Source: an uncultured delta proteobacterium (GTDB lineage: Bacteria > Desulfobacterota > Syntrophia > Syntrophales > UBA2185). Taken from it: a DNA stretch of 64,000 nucleotides. A program made the translations under genes and the position numbers. The notes under the pieces were generated by a model. The model worked only from the letters and a program-made list of their open reading frames with translations, was not told the DNA's origin and did no database searches. The DNA is taken from contig CAVSPA010000005.1 of NCBI GenBank assembly GCA_963729715.1, positions 352,001 to 416,000 of the forward strand, given 5' to 3'. Positions 1 through 10,471 of the stretch are shown piece after piece. Each line of letters begins with the position of its first letter. Position 1 is the stretch's first letter.

Positions 1-458
1 CAGACGCTGCCCTGGATGTGCTTCCCGGCTTCCTTGATGGCCCGGAATGGCGCCTCGAAGTTTCTCGTATCGTTAACCGCATCGAAAACCCGGAAGATGT
101 CCAGACCACATTCGCCTGTGTACAGGCAGAACTCTCTCACGACGTCATCCGCATAGTTTCTGTAGCCAACGACGTTCTGACCGCGAAGGAGCATCATCAA
201 TTTGGTCTTGGGCATCAACTTTCTCAGTTGTATCAATCTCGACCATGGATCTTCATTCAAAAATCTGGTCGGTACGTCAAAAGTGGCACCGCCCCAGACT
301 TCCATGCTGAACCAACCAATTTGATCCATCGCTTCCGCAACGGGGATCATGTCCTCTGTTCTCATTCTGGTCGCCAGCGAAGACTGGTGACCATCACGAA
401 AAGTTGTATCCGTGATTTTAAGAGGATTTGCTGCTGTTTTCTTTTTCTTCTCTGCCAT
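1..458 (-). CDS. Pyruvate carboxylase subunit B / transcarboxylase 5S / oxaloacetate decarboxylase alpha-like carboxyltransferase (N-terminal part; runs off window edge)
   Basis: Not in ORF track. Manual minus-strand translation from ATG 458: MAEKKKKTAANPLKITDTTFRDGHQSSLATRMRTEDM...SMEVWGGATFD...FLNEDPW...MLLRGQN; RDGHQS and WGGATFD are family motifs. Confidence 0.9.
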   Translation of the reverse strand, partial: MAEKKKKTAANPLKITDTTFRDGHQSSLATRMRTEDMIPVAEAMDQIGWFSMEVWGGATFDVPTRFLNEDPWSRLIQLRKLMPKTKLMMLLRGQNVVGYRNYADDVVREFCLYTGECGLDIFRVFDAVNDTRNFEAPFRAIKEAGKHIQGSV

Positions 459-575
459 AAGTAAACTCCCTTTCAATATATTATTCTTTGTTATTGTTTA
501 TGCTCTAAAATAAATGACTTCCTATTTTCCTAAATTGACGATTCAGCCACACCTGCCATCTTTCGATCACGGCCT

Positions 576-785
576 TCAGTATATCCGCATCTGCCACATG
601 CGGCGTGTGAACATCACATCCTGCCGCCCGGCAAGTGCCCAGATATTAATGGAGGCGTAAGGTGCTGCGGAAGGCGCGGCTTCTGCTGCTGGCACTATCA
701 GAGCTGCGGCTTCTTCTTCCAGATAGGCACCTATCGCTGCTGATATGGCTGCCATTACTTTTGGATTTATTGACTCCATGCTCAT
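576..785 (-). CDS. Small accessory subunit of acyl-CoA carboxyltransferase complex (delta/epsilon-like)
   Basis: 69 aa, AAISAAIGAYL helix, Ala/Pro linker, WALAGR motif; lies between two carboxyltransferase subunits. Confidence 0.65.
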   Translation of the reverse strand: MSMESINPKVMAAISAAIGAYLEEEAAALIVPAAEAAPSAAPYASINIWALAGRQDVMFTRRMWQMRIY

Positions 786-809
786 TTCCTTTTCTAAGTA
801 ATTTAATTC

Positions 810-2363
810 CTACATTGGAATGTTGCCGTGTTTCTTCGGTGGTCTTGTTTCCCTCTTTGACCTCAGCATATCAAGGGCCCGAATGATATAACGACGGGTC
901 TCGTGTGGCCGAATAACGGCGTCCACATAGCCTCTTGCCGCTGCCGCATAAGGATTACAGAAGGCATCCTCATATTCTTTGATCTTCTGCGCCCGCATCG
1001 CTGCTGGGTCTGCGGCTGCCTTAATCTCATTCCGGAAGATGATATTGCATGCCCCTTCAGCTCCCATGACCGCCATCTCCGCCGTCGGCCAGGCGATGAC
1101 CATATCCGCACCGAGGTCGCGGCTGCACATGGCCAGATACGATCCGCCATAGTCTTTCCTTGTTGCCAGTGTGATCTTAGGAACAGTCGCTTCTGAATAA
1201 CACCACAAGAGCTTTGCACCGTGTCGGATGATGCCTCTCCATTCCTGGTCTGTTCCCGGCAGATACCCCGGTACGTCCGCTATGGTGATCATAGGAATAT
1301 TGAACGCATCGCAGAAACGAATGAATTTTGTCGCTTTATCAGACGCATCTACGTCAAGACAGCCCGCAAGCCAAGCCGGCTGATTAGCGATGAAGCCGAC
1401 TGTATGACCTGCCATACGTCCGAACGCCACGACCATGTTCCGGGCAAAATACATATGGGGTTCCATGAAATCGCCGTTATCACAGAGTGAGCCGATCAGG
1501 ACCTTCATGTCATAATTCTTTCTTGGAGAATCCGGTACGAGCGTGTCCAGGCTATAATCAACCCGGTTTGGATCGTCACCTGTATCTACATAAGGAGGAT
1601 CTTCCATATTGTTGGAGGGCAGGAAACTAAGAAGTCTCTTGATCTGGTTGATATTGTCTTCATCGCTCTCACAGGCGAAATGGGCGACACCGCTTTTGGT
1701 GTTATGTGTCATCGCTCCACCCAGACCTTCAAAATCTATGATCTCACCGGTAACGGACTTGATAACCTCGGGACCGGTAATAAACATGTAACTCGAGTTC
1801 TTGGTCATGAATATCCAGTCGGTCATGGCCGGCGAGTACACGGCTCCCCCCGCCGTGGGTCCCATGATAGCTGATATCTGGGGAATCGTTCCTGATGCGC
1901 AGGAGTTGCGGTAGAAAATCTGGCCGTAACCCGCGAGTGAATCCACGGCTTCCTGGATTCTGGCGCCGCCTGAGTCGTTAAAGCCTACACATGGAGCTCC
2001 TGTTTTTACTGCCAGATCCATGACCTTGCAGATCTTCTTGGAATGCATCTCTCCCAGTGAGCCTGCGCGGGCGGTAAAATCCTGGGAGAAGGCGAATACC
2101 GTTCGGCCATTGACCTTTCCGTATCCTGTAATGACCGCTTCTGCCGGAACTTCCACTTTGTCCATGCCGAAATCAGTACAGCGATGGCGCATAAACAGGT
2201 CGGTTTCCACAAATGTACCGGGATCAAACAGGAGGCCTATCCTTTCCCTTGCCGTAAGCTTTCCACCTTCATGCTGCTTTGCAATTGCCTTCGGCCCGCC
2301 TTGGGCCATGGCAATGGCTTCACGTCTTTCTAATTCCTGAATTTTTGGAGGTTTTTCACTCAT
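810..2363 (-). CDS. Methylmalonyl-CoA/propionyl-CoA carboxyltransferase subunit (12S/PccB-like)
   Basis: GKLTARERI, DSGGARIQE, GGAVYSPA, DVPGYLPG, C-terminal KKHGNIP motifs. Confidence 0.95.
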   Translation of the reverse strand: MSEKPPKIQELERREAIAMAQGGPKAIAKQHEGGKLTARERIGLLFDPGTFVETDLFMRHRCTDFGMDKVEVPAEAVITGYGKVNGRTVFAFSQDFTARAGSLGEMHSKKICKVMDLAVKTGAPCVGFNDSGGARIQEAVDSLAGYGQIFYRNSCASGTIPQISAIMGPTAGGAVYSPAMTDWIFMTKNSSYMFITGPEVIKSVTGEIIDFEGLGGAMTHNTKSGVAHFACESDEDNINQIKRLLSFLPSNNMEDPPYVDTGDDPNRVDYSLDTLVPDSPRKNYDMKVLIGSLCDNGDFMEPHMYFARNMVVAFGRMAGHTVGFIANQPAWLAGCLDVDASDKATKFIRFCDAFNIPMITIADVPGYLPGTDQEWRGIIRHGAKLLWCYSEATVPKITLATRKDYGGSYLAMCSRDLGADMVIAWPTAEMAVMGAEGACNIIFRNEIKAAADPAAMRAQKIKEYEDAFCNPYAAAARGYVDAVIRPHETRRYIIRALDMLRSKRETRPPKKHGNIPM

Positions 2364-2394
2364 TTACATCTCTCCCCTTTTCTTTATATAGTTG

Positions 2395-2799
2395 TTATAC
2401 TTTCTGACAAAGTTCTACCAGAACGCCGTATGTGTCCTTTGGATGGACAAAGGCTATCTTCTTTCCGCCGGCTCCCATTCGGGGCACCTTATCGATCAAG
2501 CGGATGCCTTTGGCTTCCAGTTCTTTTAACGCTGCTTCAATATTGTCGACTAAGAATGCAACGTGCTGGACACCCTCTCCTTTCTTTTCGATAAAACCTG
2601 CGATGGGTCCATCCGGTGCGGTAGATTGCAGAAGCTCTACTTCAGTATCGCCCACAGGTAAAAAGGCCGTTGTGACCTTCTGTTCGGCAACAGTCTCCTG
2701 CCCTTCCAGTTTCAGTCCCAGCGTATTAGCAAAGAACTTTAGAGATGTTTCAATGCTGTTTACTGCAACACCGATGTGGTCCACCTTAATTATTTTCAT
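2395..2799 (-). CDS. mce: Methylmalonyl-CoA epimerase
   Basis: VDHIGVAV, EVELL, GEGVQHVAF, FVHPKDTYGVLVELC; start reassigned to ATG 2799 after GGGGG SD-like run. Confidence 0.93.
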   Translation of the reverse strand: MKIIKVDHIGVAVNSIETSLKFFANTLGLKLEGQETVAEQKVTTAFLPVGDTEVELLQSTAPDGPIAGFIEKKGEGVQHVAFLVDNIEAALKELEAKGIRLIDKVPRMGAGGKKIAFVHPKDTYGVLVELCQKV

Positions 2800-2901
2800 A
2801 TAATGACCCCCCTTTGTCGGTTTTATTTTTCTGTTATGTTTGAAGGTCGTAGCGTTAACTTCTTCCACCTCAAGTATTAACTGTCCGGCTTATCAAATAA
2901 C

Positions 2902-3792
2902 CTACTTTTTCTTGCCTTTTTTCTTGCTAAGGATTTCCTGTACCCTCTTTCCTATCTCAGCCGGGTTCTTCTCAACGATGACGCCCGCCGCGTCGAGGGC
3001 TTTGAATTTTTCATCCGCGGTTCCCTTTCCACCCGAAATGATCGCACCGGCGTGCCCCATTCTCCTCCCCGGAGGGGCGGTTCTGCCGGCGATGAAAGAT
3101 ACAACCGGCTTGGTGAGGTTGGATTTAATGAATTCAGCAGCCTCTTCCTCGGCAGTTCCGCCGATTTCTCCGATCATAACGAGGGCCACTGTATCAGGAT
3201 CTTTTTCATAGAGAGCCAGCATGTCAACAAAACCTGAACCCGGTATGGGATCCCCACCGATACCGATGGACGTGGTCTGGCCTATTCCCAGATTGGTAAG
3301 CTGCCAGATCGCTTCATAGGTGAGGGTTCCACTTCTTGAGATTACGCCGACGTCGCCCTTTTTATGTATGAAGCTTGGCATAAAGCCGATCTTCCCTACA
3401 CCGGGAGTGGTGATTCCCGGGCAGTTGCACCCAATCATCCGAGCTTTAGATGTCTTGAGCACCTGTTTGACCTTGATCATATCCGTCACAGGAATACCTT
3501 CAGTCATACATACGACAAGCCCGATCCCCGCTTCAATGGATTCGATAATCGCATCCGCAGAGAAAGCTGCAGGAGTATACAAGGCAGCAACATTGGCGCC
3601 TTGCTTTTCTACCGCATCGGCAACCCTGTTATATACGGGGATTCCATCGACGTCCATGCCTCCCTTACCCGGGGTAACCCCAGCCACCACCTTGGTTCCG
3701 AATTTAACAGATTCACGGGTATGAAAGGTTCCTTCCGAACCGGTAATACCCTGAACCACTACACGAGAATTTTTATCTAAAAGTATTGCCAT
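2902..3792 (-). CDS. sucD: Succinyl-CoA synthetase alpha subunit
   Basis: [36 protein letters not shown] phospho-His motif. Confidence 0.97.
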   Translation of the reverse strand: MAILLDKNSRVVVQGITGSEGTFHTRESVKFGTKVVAGVTPGKGGMDVDGIPVYNRVADAVEKQGANVAALYTPAAFSADAIIESIEAGIGLVVCMTEGIPVTDMIKVKQVLKTSKARMIGCNCPGITTPGVGKIGFMPSFIHKKGDVGVISRSGTLTYEAIWQLTNLGIGQTTSIGIGGDPIPGSGFVDMLALYEKDPDTVALVMIGEIGGTAEEEAAEFIKSNLTKPVVSFIAGRTAPPGRRMGHAGAIISGGKGTADEKFKALDAAGVIVEKNPAEIGKRVQEILSKKKGKKK

Positions 3793-3827
3793 GTTCAACT
3801 CACCCCTTCTTTTAAAATAGTCTGTTG

Positions 3828-4997
3828 TTATTTAAGCAATGCAACAACCTTTTCGGCGGCTTCATAGAGACCGTCGGCCACGGTGAATTTCAGACCCGAT
3901 TCTTTAAGGAGTTTCTTGCCTTCGTCCACATTCGTCCCCTGGAGCCTGATCACCATGGGCAGTTTCATATCGATGTTCTTGGCAGCCTGGATGATTCCAT
4001 TGGCTACGCGGTCGCACCGGAGAATGCCTCCAAAGATGTTCACCAGAATTGCTTTTACATTGGGGTCGGCAGTGAGAATCCGAAATGCTTTTTCGATCTG
4101 GTCAGGACTGGCGCCGCCGCCGACATCGAGGAAGTTGGCCGGTTCGCCGCCCGCCATCTTGATGAGATCCATTGTCGTCATGGCAAGGCCCGCGCCGTTA
4201 ACCATACAGGCGATATTCCCGTCCAACTTGATATAATTAACCCCTGCATTCTTGGCGATAACTTCCAGGGGGTCTTCCTCATTTTCATCTCTCAGTTGCT
4301 TGATGTCCGGATTGCGGAAGAGTCCGTCATCATCAAAATTTATCTTGGCATCCACGGCGATGAGGTTGCCCTCCACTGTGAGAACGAGAGGGTTGATCTC
4401 CACGAGAGAAGCATCCTTGGCCACAAATAGTTCATACAATCCCTTGGTGATGTTTGCGAATTGGGAACTGAGAGTCTTGTCGCTTCCCAATCCCAAGCCG
4501 TATGCAAGTTTCCTGGCCTCAAACGGGCTGAATCCCACGGCGGGTGGAACGGCGCATTTGATGATTTTTTCCGGAGTTGCCTTGGCTACTTCTTCGATCT
4601 CCATACCACCGGCTTCGGAAGCCATGAAAACGACACATTCCTTGTCACGCGCGCGATCTACCACCATGCCGAGATAAAGCTCTTTCTTGATATTCGATGT
4701 TTCTTCAACCAGAACCTTCTGCACCTTTATTCCTTCCGGACCGGTCTGGTGGGTAATCAGCTTCATGCCGAGGATCTTCTTTGCTGCCTCATACGCTTCA
4801 TCAGGTGTCTTGGCCACTTTCACACCGCCGCCCTTACCTCTTCCGCCGGCATGGATCTGTGCCTTTACAATAGATGTCTTGTTCAGTGATTTGGCTATAT
4901 CTCGAGCCTTTTCAGGTGTATCAGCGACTTCACCGTTGGGTACGGGTACTTTGTAGGCGCGCAAGAGACTCTTAGCCTGATATTCGTGAATCTTCAT
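3828..4997 (-). CDS. sucC: Succinyl-CoA synthetase beta subunit
   Basis: [47 protein letters not shown] 4997 preceded by GGAGG. Confidence 0.97.
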   Translation of the reverse strand: MKIHEYQAKSLLRAYKVPVPNGEVADTPEKARDIAKSLNKTSIVKAQIHAGGRGKGGGVKVAKTPDEAYEAAKKILGMKLITHQTGPEGIKVQKVLVEETSNIKKELYLGMVVDRARDKECVVFMASEAGGMEIEEVAKATPEKIIKCAVPPAVGFSPFEARKLAYGLGLGSDKTLSSQFANITKGLYELFVAKDASLVEINPLVLTVEGNLIAVDAKINFDDDGLFRNPDIKQLRDENEEDPLEVIAKNAGVNYIKLDGNIACMVNGAGLAMTTMDLIKMAGGEPANFLDVGGGASPDQIEKAFRILTADPNVKAILVNIFGGILRCDRVANGIIQAAKNIDMKLPMVIRLQGTNVDEGKKLLKESGLKFTVADGLYEAAEKVVALLK

Positions 4998-5233
4998 TAT
5001 GAACCTCCAATCACTATTAATTTGATAGTAAATTAACTTGCTGTCAGTTCTGAAAAATATTTGGTGAGTGGTCGGAGGCCGGAGAAAAAAAGACCTGCTG
5101 GACAACTTAAACACCGATGCGGGAGCTAATTTCTCTGGGAAAATCTTTGACCACTGCGAAAAAATCTACTGCCTTTCTTTTAATGAAGAGTTTGATGAAA
5201 GTGTTGCGGACTACTTGATATTGGTCGGTCGGC

Positions 5234-5262
5234 TTCATACCACCCAAATTCGTTTCTGTCAA
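5234..5262 (-). promoter_or_regulatory. Putative sigma70 promoter for the sucCD-mce operon
   Basis: Minus strand TTGACA-N17-TATGAA with extended TG. Confidence 0.55.
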
Positions 5263-5545
5263 CTTTTTTCTGTGACTATTCTGCAATTTTTTCCACGCAT
5301 GTCATGTCAGTCTGTTTATAAGGACTGGGAGGCTGTTAGAAAAATTGGCGTGGCGTGGAAAATTATGGCAGAATGTTAAATAGTTATAACCGATCATGTT
5401 CATGGCTGTGCACCTGAGGCAGTTCATGGCGGAGTTGAGCGGGTGGAGAGACGGATTTACATAACCCACTGAGACCCTTGAACAAAGGATGATTCTTCCT
5501 TGCCCAAAGGTCTCAACGGTAATAAATCAAGCTTACCTTTCTCAA

Positions 5546-5836
5546 TTATGGGCGGTACTCATAGGCTTCGTATTCTGTTTTCTGTCCGAGCAGGGCGTCA
5601 ATCTGATCCTGGATCTTCGCCCTCTCCTTGCTGGACTGCCAGGCCCTCCAGGCGGAAAGACTATCCCATGTGCTGATAACGAGATACTCGTTCTGTCTAT
5701 CCACATTTTTCAGAGATTCCCCGGACACGTAACCCGGCTCTTTCATGCTGAGTGACCTGAGTCGCATCACAAGTTCCTTCAATTGAGCTGCCTTATCCGC
5801 GGCTACCTTTCTTTTAATGAGAATTTTGACTGCCAT
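5546..5836 (-). CDS. Antibiotic biosynthesis monooxygenase (ABM) family protein
   Basis: 96 aa, EPGYVSGE and YLVISTWDS..AW..W pattern; GGAGG SD. Confidence 0.85.
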   Translation of the reverse strand: MAVKILIKRKVAADKAAQLKELVMRLRSLSMKEPGYVSGESLKNVDRQNEYLVISTWDSLSAWRAWQSSKERAKIQDQIDALLGQKTEYEAYEYRP

Positions 5837-5915
5837 TTTCGACCTCCTACATTACTTTGTGGGTTGTCTTTCCGGGCTTAGATCTGAATTCTACCAACCG
5901 CGTTTATCTGAATTC

Positions 5916-5944
5916 ATGATAAGCGTGTTAGGGAACACTGTCAA
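5916..5944 (-). promoter_or_regulatory. Putative sigma70 promoter of the ABM gene, with palindrome in the spacer
   Basis: Minus strand TTGACA-N17-TATCAT; GTGTT-N4-AACAC at 5925-5938. Confidence 0.55.
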
Positions 5945-6181
5945 GTCTTTTTGTGGCGTCGTTTCATTTGAAAATAGCCAAACACAATGATGCAACTCAA
6001 TGGAAGTGAAGGTAATTTAACTGTCTGCGCTAATTATTAAGCAGAGAGTGCTCCACGTGATTGTCCCTGCGGTGAAATGTCCCGGAGTGGCTGATAAATA
6101 TAGCCGCATATAATATTCTTCCCAACGGGACCAAGTATATCATCGTTTATCCCCATCTCAATTAATCTTCATCAGCTCGAA

Positions 6182-6499
6182 TTACTCGATTGGATATCCG
6201 GCATTCTTCCAAGCCACCACACCTCCGCGAAGGACCTTGACATTTCCGTATCCTTTTTTCAGGAAGTGCTCTGCCCGACCGGCAGACGTTTTTTCCCTTG
6301 GTCAGGCTCAATAGAGGATAATTTCCTGGTCTTTTGAATATTGCGGAAGCCGGGAATAGAATTCGCTAAGCGAGATGGATCCTTCAAGATTAACCCTTCT
6401 ATATTCCTCGTCGTCCTTATAGGCGCAGACCAGAATGGCCTCCCCTGATTTTACTTTCAGATAAGCTTCTTCCGGCGATATCCGCATGGCTTCCGTCAC
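6182..6499 (-). CDS. Rhodanese-like selenoprotein, 105 aa, with two in-frame UGA codons (U-A-U)
   Basis: ORF-track 63-aa fragment continues through TGA 6310-6308 and TGA 6304-6302 as IILY-U-A-U-PREKTSAGRAEHFLKKGYGNVKVLRGGVVAWKNAGYPIE*, completing a rhodanese domain; SECIS-like hairpin follows. Confidence 0.85.
6270..6286 (-). promoter_or_regulatory. Putative bacterial SECIS element
   Basis: TCTGCC-GGTCG-GGCAGA; G-led GGUC loop begins 21 nt after the second UGA and 27 nt after the first. Confidence 0.7.
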
Positions 6500-6597
6500 G
6501 ACATTCCTCCTGTTTCACATATCGCATTTTTTTACCCGCATGATCGACGAAAACGATTCACGGTTATAATTATCACGGATGTCCCTTCAACTGCACC

Positions 6598-8202
6598 TTA
6601 AGTATTGTCGTCATCGAATGGATGGAGATCTACCCAATTTCGGCGTAGGGTGGCGTCATGGCACACTTCTCCCTTCTTCCCTACAAGTTCGCTGTGTTCA
6701 AGCTTTCTGAGAGCCATGTTGTCGGTCCTCACTTCCGCCAGCGTACGCTTACCATCCTTGAGACGACCAATGACTGTGGCCCGCTCCGCTTGTCCGTCTT
6801 GATCGTAGCGAATTATGTACGACTCAATCGTCAGAATACCGTCAGCCCGTTCGACGGGAGCGGGAATGGCCTCCGCGTCGATTGCCTTCTGAACAGCTGA
6901 ATCATCTCGCTCCTCCCATGGATGGCTGGGAGGTTCCGCTCCATAGATGCCGATCGCATGTTTAGAGTTGTACCAGCCGTTGGCCGTCACCATGGCCTTC
7001 AGGTGGCGATCACGACGAATGCGCTCTACTATGGAGGCAATGGCGTGCATCGTATAGTTATTGCCGGGTCCGCCAAACTGGGCAAGCCCACCGGTGACCG
7101 TAAGGTCCCTCGGATCATCTTCCGAAATACCGATGGCCTGACGGGAGATCTCTACAGCCGATGGAAAGCAGCTATAGAGATCAAAGACGTCGATGTCGGA
7201 AAGCGAAAGACCCGACTGCTTGAGAGCAAGCCGTGCCGCTTCTGTTATGGGAGGGGAATCATAGAGCCTGGGCCTCTCTGTCACATGCCAGACATTGTTT
7301 AGTTCCGCTCCTCCCATCGGATATACCCATTTGGAGCGGTCGATACCGAACGCAGTAGCATCAGCGTCATTTGTCATGATAAGCGCTGCCGACTGATCTA
7401 CGTTGATATTGGCCACAATGCGGACTGTATACGGATAGACAACGTAGCGATTTTGCGGGGCAGCTATTGTCAACTCCTCCGCCTTGTATTTTTTCCGAGT
7501 CCAGGCATAGGGATTCCCAAAGGCGACCTGGGAAAAGCTCTCATACCGATGCCCCATATAGAGCCGGTGTTCCCTGATACTCCTGCCCGATCGATAGCGA
7601 AGGGATGTTTCGAAGAAAGGATACATGAACTGCGGCAGAAAGAGATCGTAGGCTTCTTCAATGGAATTGTTGACTTCATGATACCTATCGCCCGCTCTCT
7701 TGAGCATTTCTTCCTCATGTTCGCACCCCAAGCGGAGAAGTGTATCAAAGTTGGCGGGCAGATTCTTTTCCCTTAGATGCCGAAACGTCACATTGTCATG
7801 CCAATCCAGAACTGTCTCGCCCTTGGAGGCCTTGTACATCGAATATATCGCTTCGGCGCCTGTGAGTAATACGGCCCTTCTCCCTCCCGCAGCAATATCT
7901 CGCGCAAGGCGATTTACCATCGTTTGAGGTGAATCGCCTCCGATCTGCGAATAAATCACGTTCTTAGGCCTAATGCCCAACGACCCGCTTACAGCCAGCG
8001 GCAGACGCTCATCGTCCCGGGAAAAGCTGTTGATCACGCAGACCGTGTCAATGATAGATTTTAAGGCATCACATCCGGCGTCTCTCATGGCGTCAAGGCT
8101 CGCCCTGACCATTAGGCCAAGGGGGTCAAGAATGGGATTTGCATCTTTTTGTTGAGTGTGCTGTGCAGCGCCAATGAGAATGGGAACGGGTCTCGTCTTC
8201 AT
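6598..8202 (-). CDS. Non-canonical thiolase-like protein (acetyl-CoA acetyltransferase superfamily)
   Basis: PILIGAAQ, IGGDSPQ, VDQSAALIM, DLYSCFP, TVTGGL..FGGPGNNY; start taken at MKTRPV. Confidence 0.8.
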   Translation of the reverse strand: MKTRPVPILIGAAQHTQQKDANPILDPLGLMVRASLDAMRDAGCDALKSIIDTVCVINSFSRDDERLPLAVSGSLGIRPKNVIYSQIGGDSPQTMVNRLARDIAAGGRRAVLLTGAEAIYSMYKASKGETVLDWHDNVTFRHLREKNLPANFDTLLRLGCEHEEEMLKRAGDRYHEVNNSIEEAYDLFLPQFMYPFFETSLRYRSGRSIREHRLYMGHRYESFSQVAFGNPYAWTRKKYKAEELTIAAPQNRYVVYPYTVRIVANINVDQSAALIMTNDADATAFGIDRSKWVYPMGGAELNNVWHVTERPRLYDSPPITEAARLALKQSGLSLSDIDVFDLYSCFPSAVEISRQAIGISEDDPRDLTVTGGLAQFGGPGNNYTMHAIASIVERIRRDRHLKAMVTANGWYNSKHAIGIYGAEPPSHPWEERDDSAVQKAIDAEAIPAPVERADGILTIESYIIRYDQDGQAERATVIGRLKDGKRTLAEVRTDNMALRKLEHSELVGKKGEVCHDATLRRNWVDLHPFDDDNT

Positions 8203-8209
8203 AGTCTGA

Positions 8210-9502
8210 TCATCTGTAGAAATCCCAAGAATACCCTTCCTGATTATCGTATTTTTCGCCCTGCTGTTTGAGATAGCCCCAATAGGCAAGTTCGTCAATG
8301 TGAAGCTCCGCATCCTTCAATGCGTCAATCACGTCTTTGGTGTCCGGGGGGCAGCCGGTCACCTTTATCGCCTTCTTGATATGCGCATTTTCCTTGTTTG
8401 CCTTTATGATACAATTGCCTATGAGAATGGTATTATCATACCCTCTTTGTGCTTGCATTTTTTTGCCGTTGAGGATCTCAACCTTCGGAAGGGGCTGACC
8501 CGTAAATGCCGACAGCACAAGGATATTCACCATGTTGGCAAGAGGGGTGCATCCAGAGCAGAGAGTTTCATCATACTTGCGTAAGGCGACACCTGTCACA
8601 CCGAATTTCTCAAAGATGGAAGGGCCAGTGTTATCTTTCGTCCATCCCCAGTCCCATTTGAACGATTTGATATGATTTTCCAAGGCCTCACCTCTGATAG
8701 CATAATCTCCGAGGTCGAGAGACTTGCCGTCACGTTTGGCATACTCAACGAAATGGACTATGTCCTGCGGGTCGTAACCTATAGTTTTTGCCGCAACTAT
8801 GTCGGCTCCAAGGATATCGCGGGACGCAATTATAATGCCTTTCCTGAATGCGTTTCCGAAGTGAAGAGGGCCTCGCTCCAAGGCGTAGATACCGTCCACA
8901 ATGGTTAATGCCGGCTTTACGCAATCGGCGATGAATGTGAAACAATACTCCAGGCCGGGACTCGCATGATGGCAGATCTTCTTGGAGGAGGTTCTCAGGC
9001 AGCCTTTAAGATTTTTCAGCCCCAGGGATACTTTCGTCTGGGCGTGGGTTTTCAGAACGGGGAAGTTGATAAGAAAGTCGGACTCCACAGCCTCTTTTGC
9101 GATATGGAGAGTAGGTCCTCCCGGGATTTTGAAATTTACGGATTCGCTGGCATTAAAATCTACGAGCTTGACCCCGTACTTTCTTGCCAGTGAGTAGTAG
9201 CCGAGACCTGCGAAGGCCGCCATGGTACCAACACCCTTTTGAACTTGAACCGATCCCTCACCGATGGATATTTCTCTGCATCCGTGATCCTTGAGCATGA
9301 GGACCAGATCTTTGACGAGACGTGTCGTTGTAAACACGCCGAATGGCGCTATCTTGAACTTATCGTCCCATGTAATAAGATTTGGTTTAATTAGTACCCT
9401 GGCATTTCTCTCCAGTTCTTCAAGGCCGCAGCAAAGCTCGACGGCCTCTCTGAGAGAATCGGGACTGCCGGCATATTGAACCAACGATATGAGCGGACTC
9501 AT
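8210..9502 (-). CDS. DUF362 domain protein with C-terminal Cys cluster
   Basis: VLIKPNL, PVLKTH..SLGLKNLKG, IVDGI; C-terminal CSGC...GNC...GCPP. Confidence 0.85.
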   Translation of the reverse strand: MSPLISLVQYAGSPDSLREAVELCCGLEELERNARVLIKPNLITWDDKFKIAPFGVFTTTRLVKDLVLMLKDHGCREISIGEGSVQVQKGVGTMAAFAGLGYYSLARKYGVKLVDFNASESVNFKIPGGPTLHIAKEAVESDFLINFPVLKTHAQTKVSLGLKNLKGCLRTSSKKICHHASPGLEYCFTFIADCVKPALTIVDGIYALERGPLHFGNAFRKGIIIASRDILGADIVAAKTIGYDPQDIVHFVEYAKRDGKSLDLGDYAIRGEALENHIKSFKWDWGWTKDNTGPSIFEKFGVTGVALRKYDETLCSGCTPLANMVNILVLSAFTGQPLPKVEILNGKKMQAQRGYDNTILIGNCIIKANKENAHIKKAIKVTGCPPDTKDVIDALKDAELHIDELAYWGYLKQQGEKYDNQEGYSWDFYR

Positions 9503-9576
9503 GGCTCGCTTCCTTTGATAGAAACGTTACGTTGCTTATCCGAACGCGTAATTTTCAGGAGTCAGGTGGCATGACG

Positions 9577-10074
9577 TTATGCTTTCATGTACGAGTTGAA
9601 CCACTCCATCGCATCCTCGTCTTTGATTCCCAATTTCTTACTGTGATCGGGTTTGAATAATGCAAAGGTTCCTGTGGATTTTGCGCAAAGTTCCCCGGCT
9701 GCGTTGAAGATCATTGCCTCTGCAAGGCATTCGCGATCATTTTTGACTTCGATCACTTTCCCCACGGCCTTCAATTCCTTATCAATCGTGACGGGCTTCA
9801 GGAAGTCAACCTTCATAGACTTGGTCATTCCGAGGCATCTCATTTTATGAATAACGGCCCTCCCCATGACTTCGTCCAGGATAGTTGATATGATCCCACC
9901 GTGGACGAGGTTCTTCCATCCGCAGAGATGGGCGGGCACCCTAACCCATGAAGAAATCGATTCTCCGTCAGTGAAAAATTCCAAGCGTAGCCCTGCCTGG
10001 TTAGCCGGGCTGCACCCAAAACACATGCTGTCACTCCTGTTTGGCAGATGTTTGAGATCTTCTTTCCCGTTCAT
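9577..10074 (-). CDS. PaaI family (hotdog fold) thioesterase
   Basis: CFGCSPAN..GL, VHGGIISTILDEVM. Confidence 0.9.
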   Translation of the reverse strand: MNGKEDLKHLPNRSDSMCFGCSPANQAGLRLEFFTDGESISSWVRVPAHLCGWKNLVHGGIISTILDEVMGRAVIHKMRCLGMTKSMKVDFLKPVTIDKELKAVGKVIEVKNDRECLAEAMIFNAAGELCAKSTGTFALFKPDHSKKLGIKDEDAMEWFNSYMKA

Positions 10075-10424
10075 AAGGTAACGCTCCGTTGGAATCGCAG
10101 TCGGCTATACATAGTATCCGTGTCGTACCTTTACCATATTTCAAATTATGATTCTGCGATTTTTTGAGCACACCGGCTTGAAATTGTTCGTTAATAGATT
10201 CAAGAAGGAAAAACTCTTCAGCAAGGGCTGATCAGAGGTTACCGCAGGATATTTGCACGATAAGACGACTACCCTTCGACCGTCTTTACGTGAGAAGAAA
10301 AAATTTATTTAAACCACGGATAATTTTACGTTGGTTCGTCTGTGTCCTTAATATTGCGGGCGCATTCCGGCGTCAAAGGCCTTGAATTCGAAATAACTGA
10401 CAGTGAAAATCAAACCCGTGAGAC

Positions 10425-10471
10425 AAAAAAAGGGTGGATGGTAAAAGGAGGGAAAAAGGAACCATCCACCC
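10425..10471 (-). terminator. Intrinsic terminator-like hairpin
   Basis: GGGTGGATGGT/ACCATCCACCC perfect 11-bp stem followed by TTTTTTT on the minus strand; 18-nt loop is larger than usual. Confidence 0.7.

Noticed and set aside
18..464. 148-aa plus-strand ORF
   Set aside because: Antisense shadow of the partial minus-strand carboxyltransferase
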